Below, piece by piece: positions 25,536 to 38,312 of a stretch of 64,000 bases of DNA. The stretch is from positions 3,596,001-3,660,000 of the forward strand of contig CM068755.1 in assembly GCA_035084275.1 (NCBI GenBank). The letters are read 5' to 3'. A model generated the notes under the pieces. The model was not told the origin of the DNA. It made no database searches and worked only from the letters and a program-made list of their open reading frames with translations. The position numbers were made by a program, and so were the translations under genes. Numbering within the stretch: the first letter of the stretch is position 1; the number at the start of each line of letters is the position of its first letter. Origin of the DNA: Hydrolagus colliei (taxonomy: Eukaryota).

Positions 25536-25884
25536 TGTGGAGCTTCTGTGGCTCAGTGGTTAGAGCACTTGTCTTGCAAGCTGGGGAGACCAAGCTGGGG
25601 AGACCTGTGTTTGAATCCAGGCAGGTCAGGGCGAAACCTTGAGCAAGTTTCCTTACTCCACACGCCTAATAATAATCCCTCCAAAAAAAACACAACAATA
25701 AAATTGGTCATTTCAATCCACGACTGTTTGTGGAACACTGCTGTGCACAATAGGCTGCCGCGATTCGCCCACAAATATATACAGTCAATTCACTTTACAG
25801 TATATTCTGTGAAGTGCTTTGGGATGTCGATAAGATGTGAAAAGCGCTATATCAAATGCAAGGATCATTGTATATATTATTAAT
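25536..25884 (+). mobile_element. SINE-A full length (small internal duplication in head)
   Basis: caagctggggagac repeated; otherwise consensus. Confidence 0.9.
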
Positions 25885-26309
25885 ATTATATGTACTAAAT
25901 TTGTTAAGTTCCATAAACAAATCACAACCATTAAAAATTGTGCAGACGGCTTTATAGATTTCATGTATAACAATCTCCATTTTGGATCTATTCAGAACAG
26001 CAACAAGCGAATACAAGATGGAAGAAGTGCCATGCCATGGCAGTACCACTACATAAATGTGGAGCGAGTTTGTGAGTTGGCCTTTTTGCCCACAAAATAT
26101 ACAGTCACTTCACTTTACAGTATATTCAGTGAAGCGCTTTGAGACATCTAGATGACGTGAAAAGCGCTAGAGCAATGCAAGGATTGTTGTTATTTAATCT
26201 GGTCCGAATTTGATGACCTTCTCTGTTCCTATCATTTGAGGGAATGTGTGTTCCATAAAGAAATGTAATCCTTTTTAATAAACCAGCTTGTCTTGTCCTC
26301 GAGTCATCC

Positions 26310-26620
26310 CCAAGCTCTTCACAGTGTGTCTATTTGTAGGCGAACCCAGCAGCCACAGCAGTGTCCCACATGAAGTGAATGACCCATTTTATCTCGGGGA
26401 TTGTTGGCCAGGAAACCGGGAAGAGAGAAACACCCTTCTCTTCTCAAGCAGTGCCCCTGGATCTGTAGCATCCACTTGAACAGGCAGTCGGGGCCCTCAG
26501 GATAACATCTCATCCAAAGGATGGCACCCTCCGATAATGCAGTCCTTCATAAGCGCTGTGTTGAGAGTGTTAGGTTAGACTGGCAACTCAAAAGTCCTGA
26601 CATGGGGGCTTGTGCTTTTT
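26310..26620 (-). mobile_element. Deu-domain SINE
   Basis: gcagtgcccctggatctgtagcatccacttgaacaggcag..aacatctcatccaaaggatggcaccc. Confidence 0.75.
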
Positions 26621-27562
26621 GAATCAGGTAATACATTTACGCACAGACACACACACATGTTACACCAGTCTTAGATTCAATTCCTGGAATCAGCGCTTTG
26701 CATTACAGCTCCTTCCTTTCCAGTCTGGGATGTTTGGTCTCATTCAAAACGTTTCTGGTCAGTTAATGACCGCACAAACAAGCAGCTGCTTTTACCCACT
26801 CGCCTGTGCTTCTGAACACGTGTAAGCACGTCCCTATCAAGTTCAATCACTTATTCATTAAGCATCCCCCACCACTCCCCCTCCCCTCTCGGACTGACAG
26901 AAGAGACAGCCTTGTGTATTCTATTATATCCAGCTGCAAATCTGCTCTCAAAGCACCAGTTATGCTGCTTCTGTCATGTTACATAAAGCAAATTCCCCTC
27001 AATTTAAATGCTTTGGACAGAGGGCAGGACTGTGGGGTTGAATGAGCAGCTGACTCCGAGAGCTGGTGCAGACTCGGTGGGCAGAATTATTTATGTTCTT
27101 CTGTGCTGCAGATTTCTATGATTCTATGCATTCTCTGGAACCACAGAACTTATAAACTAACTGAGGCTTGCTCCTGTGGGTTACGGTGGTATCTCTGGCA
27201 ATTCACTTTGAGTGAATTACAATCTGTAAACACTCACTCCCTGCCATCACACAATCCTAGACATCCAACAACGATTGTCAAAGTTATCCCATTTATTGCG
27301 TTAGGCGATGAACCCTTACTTATAAGTGATGTGATTTTCAGAGGTGAGTTTGTATATTTTAGCACTAATTCCTGCACTGGAAACAGACCTGGTTCTGTGC
27401 TGGAGGCTGATGTCATTTCATGAGATAATAGCAGCTGCTTATCAATAGAAGACAATCAAATACATAGGGAGATGGGGATGGAGGCATATGCGAGGGTGTT
27501 ATGGAGAGGGGATTAGGATGGGCGGAGGCTGATGTGGAATATAAACACTGGAAATTGACTGG

Positions 27563-27905
27563 ATAATGATAAAAATAATCCTTGTATTTAATATATTGCC
27601 TTATCACATTTTCTAGACGTCTCAAAACATTTCACAGAATATACCATCACGTGAACCCGGCAGCTAGTTGCGCACAGCAGTGTCTCACAAACAGTCATGG
27701 ATTGAGTGACTAATTGTTTTTAAGGGATTATTATCCCCGGAAAAGCGATCCGCCTATTGTCTATTAACCGGGTTTCTACTTACTGCTAGTAAACAGAGGC
27801 GTGTGGTGTAAGGAAAATTGCTCAATGCTTTGCCCTCCCCAGGAATCGAACCCAGATCCTCGCTTGTGAGGCGAGTGCTCTAACCACTAAGTTACAGGAT
27901 TCCAC
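27563..27905 (-). mobile_element. SINE-A long subfamily, full length
   Basis: Includes ccgggtttctacttactgctagtaaacagaggcgtgtgg. Confidence 0.88.
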
Positions 27906-30900
27906 ACTGGAAATGGACTTGATGGTCCGAATGACCTCTTTTGGTGCTGTAGATTCCATCCAATTTAATGTACTCATTTATTTTGGTCAGCCGGGTGTCT
28001 GACACATATGAATGCATTAGTATGCTAACAGAGTACACAAACCGGACTATGATTTCCATGCATGCAACCGGCAAGTGTCTGGAATGGAATGCACACTCTC
28101 TCCCTGGAGAGACATTCCCTAATTACCCAATTAGAGAGAGTATTAGGCACAGTGCAAAGGCATGAGGACACCAGAGTGTGGTGTTGAATCTTTATATTGG
28201 GAATTTAACCGGCTAAAACTGCAGAGTTAGCCATTGAGAACACTGCCTGGCAAGCTTTCCAGCTAGGACCACCCTTCAGTTAGGATTTTGGCCTACAGGG
28301 TTAACAGGAACGGGAAAACAAATCCCTGCCCGTAGTGACCAGCCTGTCCCTCCAAGTCCTGCCGAGAGTCAGCCTGGCTGATCTGTCATCCACAACGCCA
28401 ATGTGGATAGTTTTATATCAGCCCTTACTTTGATATAAAATGTTAACACCAAATGATTTATAAATCTTACTGTGCGGGACTATCGATAATTCCACAAGGT
28501 GCAAGAAATCTACATAAATGTCTAATTTCAAGCTGCACACAGGAGGAAAGGCAAGCTACTTCACCAGTTATCCTTATTAACTCCTAAACACACAAGTGCA
28601 AAGCTGCCAGACTTTACTTAACTAAAATAGTAATAATCTTGGCATTTGACAAGATTGCATCTTACCACTCACGACTGTATTTTATGGGTGAACCGTATAC
28701 CCACAATGCGTACAGCATGCCCCACAAAAGAGTGAATCACTAATTTGGTTTGGGGAGATTTTTTGACCAGGAAACCAGGAGATAGACAGAGGAGGGCGCG
28801 CTACTCACTGAGCCAGGCTGATTTGTAACGTTATCCACTCGTTAAGAGATGATGGGGCTTGAGCGGTTAGATCCATGTGAATGTCCTCAGTTTCATCCAG
28901 CGTTCGACTATGTCCTGGTTTCAGTGTAAAATGTGACCTTGTTTTGTTCTCTTGCATCAGCAATCTGACCAGCCTAACACAACATAAATCTTCCAACTGG
29001 AGCCAAGTTCCATTACTTTGTCTTGCAGCATGCCTGACGACAATGGTAATGCTTTGGACTTGGGTTCGACTTGGATGGGATAGGTTTAGTTCACGTGGAA
29101 CTCAACCAGAAGAATAATCAAGCCTACCTCCTGTTCCACTTTTCTTGCCAATTTGAAGGCAGTGAATCATTCCAAGGCACAGTTCGTTAACTGCTGATAT
29201 CTCTGAGCTGAACTGCTCAAATGAACACCTTTCCATGTGAGCCCAGGTCTCGGCTTGGCTGGTTGGGTGAATTTTCACCTCTGTATCAGATTACGCCATG
29301 GGTTGGATAGGTGTATTAAGCCTTAATACACCTAGACAGCCTTCTGAAATGTTATCCTACGTATACTCTATGTAAATGCAAATTGTTGTTAAGGACAGAG
29401 AGCACTGGTTTGTCAAAGGCGCTGTTATTTGGATGAGACAATAACTAAGATCCCATTTGCTTGTTCGGATGGACGTTAAAAATTCCATGCACTACTTGAA
29501 AAGAGAAGTGGTCTTATTCCACGGCCCTGGTCAGTAATTCCCCAGATAAATTGCTTGACTTGTGGGACTTTTGTCTGCTAGAAAAACTCACTACTGTACA
29601 GGCAAGGGCACTGAGTCATCCTGCCCGGTCTTAGCTGAAATCAGCTCAATCAGCAGAGGTCGGAAACCTGTGTGGTCTTTGCAGTGGCTTAGCCTACAAA
29701 CAAAGGCTTTCCTTCCCAGTGAACACCTGCTCTAGACCAGCGCAGATACTGACGCAGTTACTTTAGCCGAGATGTAATTAGTGCTTCACATAGAGCATCA
29801 CAAGTCAGTGAGTAATGTTGGGTTTTGGCCACAGTGATGGGGACAGAGACTATTCAATGGCCGTGGCTATTCTTATTCCTTTATAAAAAATATATAATTG
29901 TAACTGTTCCTAACCAGGTTTTAAAGCAATTCAGTCAGACTTTGGTGGAACTCCATATGCACACTAAACGTATGTTTGGGGGAGAACAAAACTGCCATGT
30001 CAGCCTTTTCTGGGGCTATTAAAATGCTAAGTGCAAGCCTTGTATATATGCTTTGTGGCAAGAGTCGATTCCAGAGCCATATGTTGAACATTAATTTCTA
30101 TGGAGCCTCCGGCAGCCTATGTTTTGCCCACAAAATAGATGGTCAATTCACTTTACAGTAGGAAAGGAGGAGGGGGCTAGGTGGAGGCACTTGTCAGGGT
30201 GGGTGTGGGAGGGGGGGAAGAAGAGTATTAAGATGACGGTTTGGAATGGAGCTTCAGATTGAAGGTGACTTGTAGCAATTGACTTTTTCAGAAACACAAC
30301 AGATTTTTAAGAATGGAAATCTCTGGTGCTTGGCCATGAGGAGTGTTTGCTGGAACATCATTTACTCAAATTTAAGATACTTCCCATGGCTGCTCTTTAA
30401 TAATAAGCTAATAAAGGTATCATGCCTAGAGCTGTGCTTCAGATGTTGACGAAGCCAACATCTAATAGGGAGTCTAGGAGGAACTTGTTCACACGTTGAA
30501 TGGTGTGAATCTGGAACTCACTGCCAGAAATCTGTTGGAAGCATCAAAGCGCATTAAGAAGCAATTTGATAAAATAATCATCATCCTTGCATATGAGATA
30601 GTGCCTTGTCAGGTCTTAGAGACATTTCAAAGAGCTTCAAACAACATTTTGTATAGTTAATTGACTATATTTTGTGGGCGAAACACAGCAACCTGGTTCG
30701 TACTTACTGCTAGGTAAACAGAGGAGTGTGGAGTAAGGAAACGTGCCTAAGGTGTTGTCCTGCCTGGGAATTGAACCTGAGGCAGGCAGACAGATTGGTC
30801 GAGCGAATGACGAGTGAACAGTGGAATCCCAATGCACTGGTCAAGCTAGCAAAGTCCTGAACGAGCAACAGGATTAAGGTCAGCTGCAGCTTTCTGAAAC

Positions 30901-31359
30901 CACACAGGGATCAAACGCTTAAACCCCCTCCCACTCATAAAAGAGCTGGAGACCAAACATATTAGTTGCCATTTCCAGCCATCTGCTTGCAACTTTCTTT
31001 CTATTAATAAATCCGTGGGCGAGACATTCCTTTGGCGCTAAGTGTAAAAACATTTACTATTAACGATCTTACAATGGGTGAGACATTACCCTTCGAGCTC
31101 AGTGCAGGGATTTTAATGATGCGTTGACTGACGCCTGGATAGGCAGCTCCGTAAAGCACGGAAGTGCCCTGGGTATGTTTAGTGTTCACCTGACTGGCCT
31201 GAACCGTCCAGATGGAAACTCAGTAACAAAAATCTCGTCCAAAAGACCTCTATAGCAATTTAACTCCGCGTCAATATCACATTGGAGTGTCAGCTACCGT
31301 CTATCTACTGGCGTGGGGTGGCAAGTCAGTGGAGGGGGATAATAATATTAATAGTATTA

Positions 31360-31635
31360 GTAATAATAATAATAATCCTTGCATTTGATATAGCGCTTCT
31401 CACATCTTATCGACGTCTCAAAGCGCTTACAGAATATACTGTGAAGTGAATTGACAGTATATTTGTGGGCGAAATGCGGCAGCCAATTGCGCACAGCAGT
31501 GTCCCACACACAGTCGTGGATTGAAATGACCAATTTTATTATTATGTTTTTTTGGGGACGGATTATTATTAGGCGTGTGGAGTAAGGAAACTTGCCCAAG
31601 GTTTCACCCTGACCTGTCTGGATTCGAACACAGGA
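31360..31635 (-). mobile_element. SINE-A, young, head truncated
   Basis: Near-consensus, CpG-retaining; ends at ggattcgaacacagg. Confidence 0.9.
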
Positions 31636-31658
31636 CAAGTGCTTAGTAATAATAATAA

Positions 31659-31798
31659 TAATACTAATCCCTGCATTTGACACAGCACCATTTCACGTCA
31701 TCGAGACGTCTCAAAGCGACGCTGAAATAAGCTTTTTAAATGCTTTTTAATTGTAATCTGGTTGAGATCAGCTGATGTAGACCCAATAAAGAAGCAAA
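31659..31798 (-). repeat. Left arm of inverted duplication (partner 33081-33222)
   Basis: SINE tail fused to non-consensus gctgaaataagctttttaaatgctttttaattgtaatctggttgagatcagc; the reverse complement occurs at 33081-33222. Confidence 0.9.
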
Positions 31799-32424
31799 TC
31801 TGTTGTCACACATTGCAAACTTAATTAACTGTGTAATTTGTGAGGGGAACAGGGAAGCCGATTGAATGTAAATGTGTATATCTATATATATATATATATA
31901 CATGCACTGAAAATTCATATCTAGGATCTCGTTTAATGAAGTGGGCATGACTGTGAGTCAGTGCTGTGCTCTGGAAATAGTGCAGCAAACTACATCACGA
32001 GGGCTTCAGTGTCATGTGTTATTTAGCAAGAGGTGAATCTAACAGCAACTTCAGCAGCAGAGTGCAGCAGTGAGAGAGAATCCACGAGTGATGTCCCAGG
32101 AGGTGCCCAAAGCTGATCACACAAATAAAAGGGGTCAGAGATACCTTTCTTATTGGCTGATCTGCTGAATGGATGATTTGCCCCACATATGGCTTGCTCG
32201 CACTTTGAGAGAGACATAAATAAGCCCCCCTGTTCCATCCTTTTCAGCCTTTAACCATCGTACGTACGACATGTTTCTTTGCCAACAATAATAATTATCC
32301 TTTTATTTGATACAGTGCCTCAAAGCCCTTCACAAAATATACTGTAAAGTGTGCGCTTTGTGGTTAAAACTCCTTTTGCAGCAGGAAGACATCTCAAAAT
32401 GATTCACGGGAGGACTTACTGTCA

Positions 32425-32806
32425 AGATTTAAGATCCTCATTCTTGTTTTCAAGTCTCTCCACTCCTCTGCACCCCACTACTTCTCTGACTTCCTCTCTC
32501 CCCAACACAGCACCCATTGCCTTCGCTCCTCCGGTTCTGGTCTCCTCCTTGTCCCCCAAATTTTCCGCTCCACTATCGGCGACCATGCCTTCAACCACTA
32601 CACCCCGAAGCTCCCTTCCGCACTCCCTTCACCTCACCCTCTCTTCCTAGTTTCAGGTCTCAGCTGAAGACCTTTCTTTTCGACCGCACCTTCGGTCACC
32701 TTTTTCCCCCTTCCCCTGGCTCAGGCCGGGATCCGTTATTGTGAAGCGCTCTGAGACGCCGTCCGGCATGGAGGGCGCTATATAAATTGAAGTTGTTGTT
32801 GTTGTT
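32425..32806 (+). mobile_element. L2 3' end, young subfamily
   Basis: FKILILVFKSL..FRSQLKTFLFDRTFG; gaagcgctctgagacgccgtccggcatggagggcgct(GTT)n. Confidence 0.88.
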
Positions 32807-32809
32807 AAA

Positions 32810-33056
32810 ATGTAGTGACTGTGTATTTGTATGCAAACCCGGTAGTCAATTTGCAAACAGGAAGGTCCCACAAATAGCCTTGAAGTGAGTGATCAATCTT
32901 ATCTGAGGGATTAGTCTCATCGGAAGAATATAGTGCTTCCCCATCACTCTATTGATGTTTTAGCCTAGACTGTGAGCTCAAAGTCCCTATATGGGACTTA
33001 AACCTACAGCTTTCTAACTCAGAGGTAGGAGTGCTACCCACCGAGCCAGGCTGACA
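32810..33056 (-). mobile_element. Deu-domain SINE (head at 33056)
   Basis: ttctaactcagaggtaggagtgctacccaccgagccaggctgac is the reverse of the tRNA-like head. Confidence 0.7.
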
Positions 33057-33080
33057 CTTTCTATCGCATAATACAGTAAT

Positions 33081-33222
33081 ATGCTTCTCTATCGGGGCTA
33101 CGTCTGCTGATCTCAACCAGATTACAATTAAAAAGCATTTAAAAAGTCTTATTTCAGCATCACTTTGAGACGTCTCGATGACGTGAAATGGCGCTGTGTC
33201 AAATGCAAGGATTAGTATTATT
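33081..33222 (+). repeat. Right arm of inverted duplication (partner 31659-31798)
   Basis: gctgatctcaaccagattacaattaaaaagcatttaaaaag..ttatttcagc..tttgagacgtctcgatgacgtgaaatgg..tgtgtcaaatgca.ggattagtatta. Confidence 0.9.
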
Positions 33223-33600
33223 TTTCTTATGGCGCATATTTGATACACTGCCTGCCTTATCAACGTCTCTGATCACTTTTACTGTCAAGTACAGTGATTG
33301 TACTTGCAGGCGAATGGTATCATTGGAACTCAAACAACAGAGCCAGGGATCGCCACATAATGATTAATCACAAGGGGGAAAAAAAAGCGGCAACATTGCG
33401 AGCCACTGTCCACTGTATAAAGACTCAGAGAACGGAGTCGTTGCCCTCGACTCCGCTTCAGTTTAACCATTGTTTATACAAAAGCCCATTTTGCAACAGT
33501 GATGAGATTGCAAACGCTCCTCGGGCCACAGGGCAACTCTTGATATAACTGGCACTGCGCTGGCCCCGGGGGGTGGGGGGGTGAGGGTTGGCTGTGGAGA

Positions 33601-33938
33601 TAATAATAAATAATAATAATCCTTGCACTTGATACAGCGCTTTTCACATCTTATCGACGTCTCAAAGCGCTTCCCAGAATATACTGTGAGATGAATATTC
33701 TGTAATACTGTATATATTTGTGGGTGAAGCGTGGCAGCCAACTGCGCACAGCAGTGTCCCACAAACAGTCATGGATTGAAAATGACCAATTTTTCTTATT
33801 GTGGTTTTTTGGGGGGTCGGATTATTATTAGGCCTGTGGAGTAAGGAAACTTGCCCAAGGGTTTCGCCCTGACCTGCCTGGATTTGAACACAGATCTCAC
33901 GCTTGTAAGGCGAGTGCTCTAACCACTGAGCTGCAGGA
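33601..33938 (-). mobile_element. SINE-A full length
   Basis: Consensus match from tail to head. Confidence 0.9.
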
Positions 33939-34096
33939 GGGATGGGTGGGGCAGAGGCATTTTTAACATCGGTGCAATCAGTGCAACGTATCAACATATT
34001 GTTGATATACGGCCCCCAAAGTAATGCAAAAAATCATTGAAATGGGAGGATTTGTGTGTGCTGTGCTCTTATCTTTTGTTAAATACTGTATAGTGA

Positions 34097-34181
34097 AAAC
34101 CAGAGGTCTCCCCAGCCCAGCCTAGCCCAGCCAAACCAGAGGTCTCCCCAGCCCATCCCACCTAAACCAGAGCTCTCCCCA
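34097..34181 (+). repeat. Three-copy tandem of AAACCAGAGGTCTCCCCAGCCC-like unit
   Basis: Units start near 34097, 34133 and 34164, with variable spacers. Confidence 0.8.
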
Positions 34182-34939
34182 ATACAGGGGAGCAGACGGC
34201 CCACCTAAAGAGGCATTGCATCTGCCGAAAGTAAATTTTTGCATCAAATAAAATTTTGACTCACTCACAAAATATGCTCATTTGTTAGCAGATATAACTT
34301 GACCGATTAATAAGTACACAGCGCGGCCATAATGTTTATGTCATGTGAGTTAATAGTGCAGTGATTCAGCGCGCACTATGTATGGTCCGGATAAAGAGAG
34401 TCTCGCTTCAAACTTGGATCACATGCACGAAAGTACTAATAACCAAGGTCTGATCATTGGCGGGTCTAACTCATGGACTACCGGCATGAATCATAGATGT
34501 TCCATTTTTACTGTTTGTTGAAAAGCTCGAGAGTGCGTTGTATCGAGGAGAACACGATGATAAAGGCTAGCTCTCATTACACATCAAACTAGTTAAGATT
34601 CTGCAACCTCCAACTGACGGAGGAAATTTCCCCTAGGAAAATTGCACCGAGTAGTTTGAAGTCTTAAAAACTTCTCTGGGGTGGGGTGGGTGGGTTGCAG
34701 GGTGGAATCTCCTCCTCTCCCTGTCCAGGGTGGACTATTCTATTTTGTGGGATGTGGTTCCAAGACACAGGTTGGATTCTGGGACCTCACCCCAAATTCT
34801 TTCTCTGTGAGCTTAGGCAGTGAGAGCTGTTAGTGTTTGATGCTGTTCTGAAATGCCACACTTTACAATTGGCAGTCTCAGGAGCTCAAATCTTGGTTGA
34901 TTTCCACCCCTCAACACACACACACACACACACAAACAC

Positions 34940-35230
34940 ACACAGTGGGGACTGCTCTGATCAATGCCTTTACCTGTCGGCGTGTTCAGTGGATGTTAAA
35001 GATCTAATGGCACTATTTGAAAAGAGAATGGAGTTTTCCTCAATGCTTAGGCCAATAATCCCCCAGGATAAAATTGGTCATCTCTTCACGGCTGCGTGTG
35101 AGACGTTGCTGTGTACAGATCGGTGGCTGCATCTGCCTGTAATTTGCCCAGTCACTGCAATTTACAGAAAAAATCCTGAAGCATTTTGAGACGCCTCAAA
35201 GCAATAAGTTGTTATATCAAATGCAATATA
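34940..35230 (+). mobile_element. Deu-domain SINE 3' part
   Basis: cagtggatgttaaagatctaatggcactatttgaaaagag.. to tail atatcaaatgcaa. Confidence 0.75.
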
Positions 35231-35328
35231 TCCTGTAAAAATGATTTGCGGCATTCTCCCAACCTGAAAGGCAGCAGACCAAATGTAAGTACTGTATTAT
35301 TATTATTAACTTTTCAGTAAATGATAAG

Positions 35329-35637
35329 AATAATAATAATAATCATTGCATTTGATCTAATGCTTTTCACGTCTTATCGACGTCTCAAAGTGCTTCACAG
35401 AATGCACTGTAAAGTGAATTGACTGTATATTTGTAAGCAAAATGCGGCAGCCAATTGCACGCGGCAGTGTCCCACAAACAGTCCCAGAATAAAATGACCA
35501 ATTTATTCATGCTTTTTTTGAGGGATTACTATTAGGTGTGAGGAGTAAAGAAACTTGCCTGGAATTGAATTGTAAAATGAATAAAATAAATGTAAAATCG
35601 CTTGTAAGGTGAGTGCTCTAACCACTGAGTTACACTC
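35329..35637 (-). mobile_element. SINE-A
   Basis: Consensus match. Confidence 0.85.
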
Positions 35638-37449
35638 AAATATGATGGCAATATTCCTTATGGGAATATTAGCTTTCATCTTAGCTTTTCTCAAAGACTT
35701 CACAGGATTTACTTTAAAGTGTAGTGACAAAGGGTAGTAATAGTGTGTGGCAAAGATGAGTCTTTTGTAAGTTTATGCTTCTCATTCTCCCCATCACAGT
35801 TTAATAGCTCAACAGTAACTACAGGGAAAGCATCTTAGATAGTTTACAATCACCCTGTTTCTCCCACAAAATGCACAATCACTCCACTTTACAGTAGATC
35901 CTGTGAAGTGTTTTGAGATATCTTAGTAACGTGATTCAACGCTGTGTCAAACGCAAGGCTTGATTATTATTATTATTATTATTCAAAATCCTCAGAAACT
36001 GTTGCCAAGCTTCAAGATAAATTGCCAGTGACGTTGCAAGGCTACTCGTCCTCTATCTAATCAAGAGAACAATAAACCGATAGACCGATAATACTAACAT
36101 TTAGTTTGGCCCCCTCCAGGTTGGACGGATGGCCCACGGCATTTCACAAGATATGTAGTAAATTGCAGTGTCTGTGTTTATCAAATGAATCATGGGTTTA
36201 CTTAAAGCGCACTGAAGTCAGCATAACAAGTTCACATTTATACAGTGTCCTTCACGTTGGGAGGATGTTTACCAAGTGATTCACACAGCAGCTGACCTGA
36301 GGGCTTGATAATAATAATAATCCTTGCATTTGGTATCGCGCTTTTTACCATCTTCTAGACGTCTCAAAGCGCTCCACAGAATATATTGTAAAGTAAACTG
36401 ACTGTATATTTCTGGGCCAAACGCAGCAGCCAATTGCGCACAGCAGTGTCCCACAAACAGTCGTGGATTGAATTGACCATAAGTCCATCTCCATCTGATC
36501 TTGGAGAAGGGGAAGGGGTGGAAGGTGAGATTTACCATAAGGGTGAATGACTGTGTATTTTGTGGGCAAACATGGCTGCCAGTTTGCGCAGAGCAACATC
36601 TCCCCAAACAGCCATGAAGTAGATAATAATCCTTGCGTTTGATAAAGCGCCTTATCACGCATTGTGACGTCTCAAAGCGCTTCACAGAGTATACTATCAA
36701 GTGGATTGATCGATTATTGTATGTCGCTGAAGGGATTTACTTACAGATGCACATTCCCACAGAGATCACAGGTTATCAACCAGGAACAAGCAAACTGGAT
36801 TATCCCCTTTCCCATCCCCCCCCTCACTGCCCCCCCCCACCCCGTGCTGGCCTCTCTAAACAGAGCAAATGAAGTTAACTGTTGGCTGGCTGGCTGCTAA
36901 CAGCTCCTTCAGTGCAGAGTAGGGACTGAGTTTGCCTTCATTCAGACCTCGTTCCTAAATTTGTCAAAAAAATCTGGCAAAGATAGTGAGTGACAATGTC
37001 AGTCAGTGAAATCAGGAGACCATCCCAATGCCACTCCACAATGTGAACCCTGATACACTGAAACCCTCACCCTTGCCTAACGATAATAATTTGATCACTC
37101 AATCGGCGACTGTTCGTGGGACACTCTCTGTGCGCAATCGGCTGCCGTGTTTCTCCCACAAAATGCAGTCAGTCCACTTTACAGTGCATCCTGTGAAGCG
37201 TTTTGAGACGTCTCGAAGATGTGATAAGGCGCGCTCTCAAATGCAAGGATTATTATTATCCAAACAGTGCTTATCGGCCTATGCGGTGATCAAATCCATA
37301 TCCCGGGGACGAAAGGCCAGTGTGATCGCAACAACGGAGAATTTGCAACGGATAGAATACTAGCAATAATAATAATACTTGCATTTGATTTAACGCTTTG
37401 TCAAGTTGTCGAGATGTGTCAAAGCTCTTCAGGGGCGACACTGTGACTC

Positions 37450-37652
37450 TGCAAGTCCCTTCGTCACTCCCTCCGCCTCGCTCCCGCTCTACCTACAGGT
37501 CTCGGCTGAAGACCTTTCTTTTCGACCGCGCCTCGGGTCACCTTTTCCCCCCTGCCCATGGCTTGGGCCCGAGATCCGGCATTTTGAAGCGCTCTGAGAC
37601 GCCGTCCGGCACGGAGGGCGCTATGTAAATTGAAGTTACTGTTGTTGTTGTT
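37450..37652 (+). mobile_element. L2 3' end, young subfamily
   Basis: YRSRLKTFLFDRASG; gaagcgctctgagacgccgtccggcacggagggcgct and (GTT)n tail. Confidence 0.85.
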
Positions 37653-38106
37653 AAAGTGTAGTAACTCTGGATTTTGTGGGCCAAACGCTGCAAACAGCTA
37701 TGGAGTGAGTGACTCATTTTATCTGGACATTGTTGACTAGGACACTGGGTGAGAGAAACTTTCCTTTCTCAATTCTGCATAATTGACTGTGTCATTTGTG
37801 GGCGAAACTTGAGAGATGTGTAAAATCTACAGTATAAAAAAGACCTGTTGCTTTGAACCCTCGCCTCTTTCAAACATGCAGCGCGTTCGGCTTCGACAAA
37901 CAAGTGAACTCCACCGTGACATCGGGAAGGAGTTAAGATTTCACTGGAGTGATTTACAACACATTGCGCGATTCTATCGCTCACTAGCCAAGGCAACATT
38001 CCTCCTGCTCCCATCGGATGCACTTTCCAGCTAAACACCCGCCATACCCACTACAGTCTCCTTCCTCTTCACCCACCCCCTCCACCCTCCACAGTCAGGC
38101 TTGCAC

Positions 38107-38170
38107 CTCTCTGCCTGTGCTCTCTCTGCCTGTGATTTCTCTGCCTGTGCTCTCTCTGCCTGTGCTCTCT
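38107..38170. repeat. 15-bp minisatellite (CTCTCTGCCTGTGCT), about 4 copies
   Basis: Visible directly in the sequence. Confidence 0.85.
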
Positions 38171-38220
38171 CCCCCATCCAGACATTCAGACAAAAGGCTC
38201 CTGTAGTTGCCAGTACTCAC

Positions 38221-38312
38221 CCTGTCTGACATCACAGTTCCAGCCCCACACGCGGTAACAAGACAAGGCTTTCTTCCCCCACTTTTCAAAAAGTTTCTGT
38301 GCTTTTCAACTT
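38221..38312 (-). other. CD276: Candidate non-coding first exon of CD276
   Basis: Strong donor AGG|GTGAGT (GT at 38220-38219) about 115 bp downstream of TATA-like TATTTAAA (38344-38337). The 5' end is inferred from TATA spacing; human CD276 also has a non-coding first exon. Confidence 0.4.
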
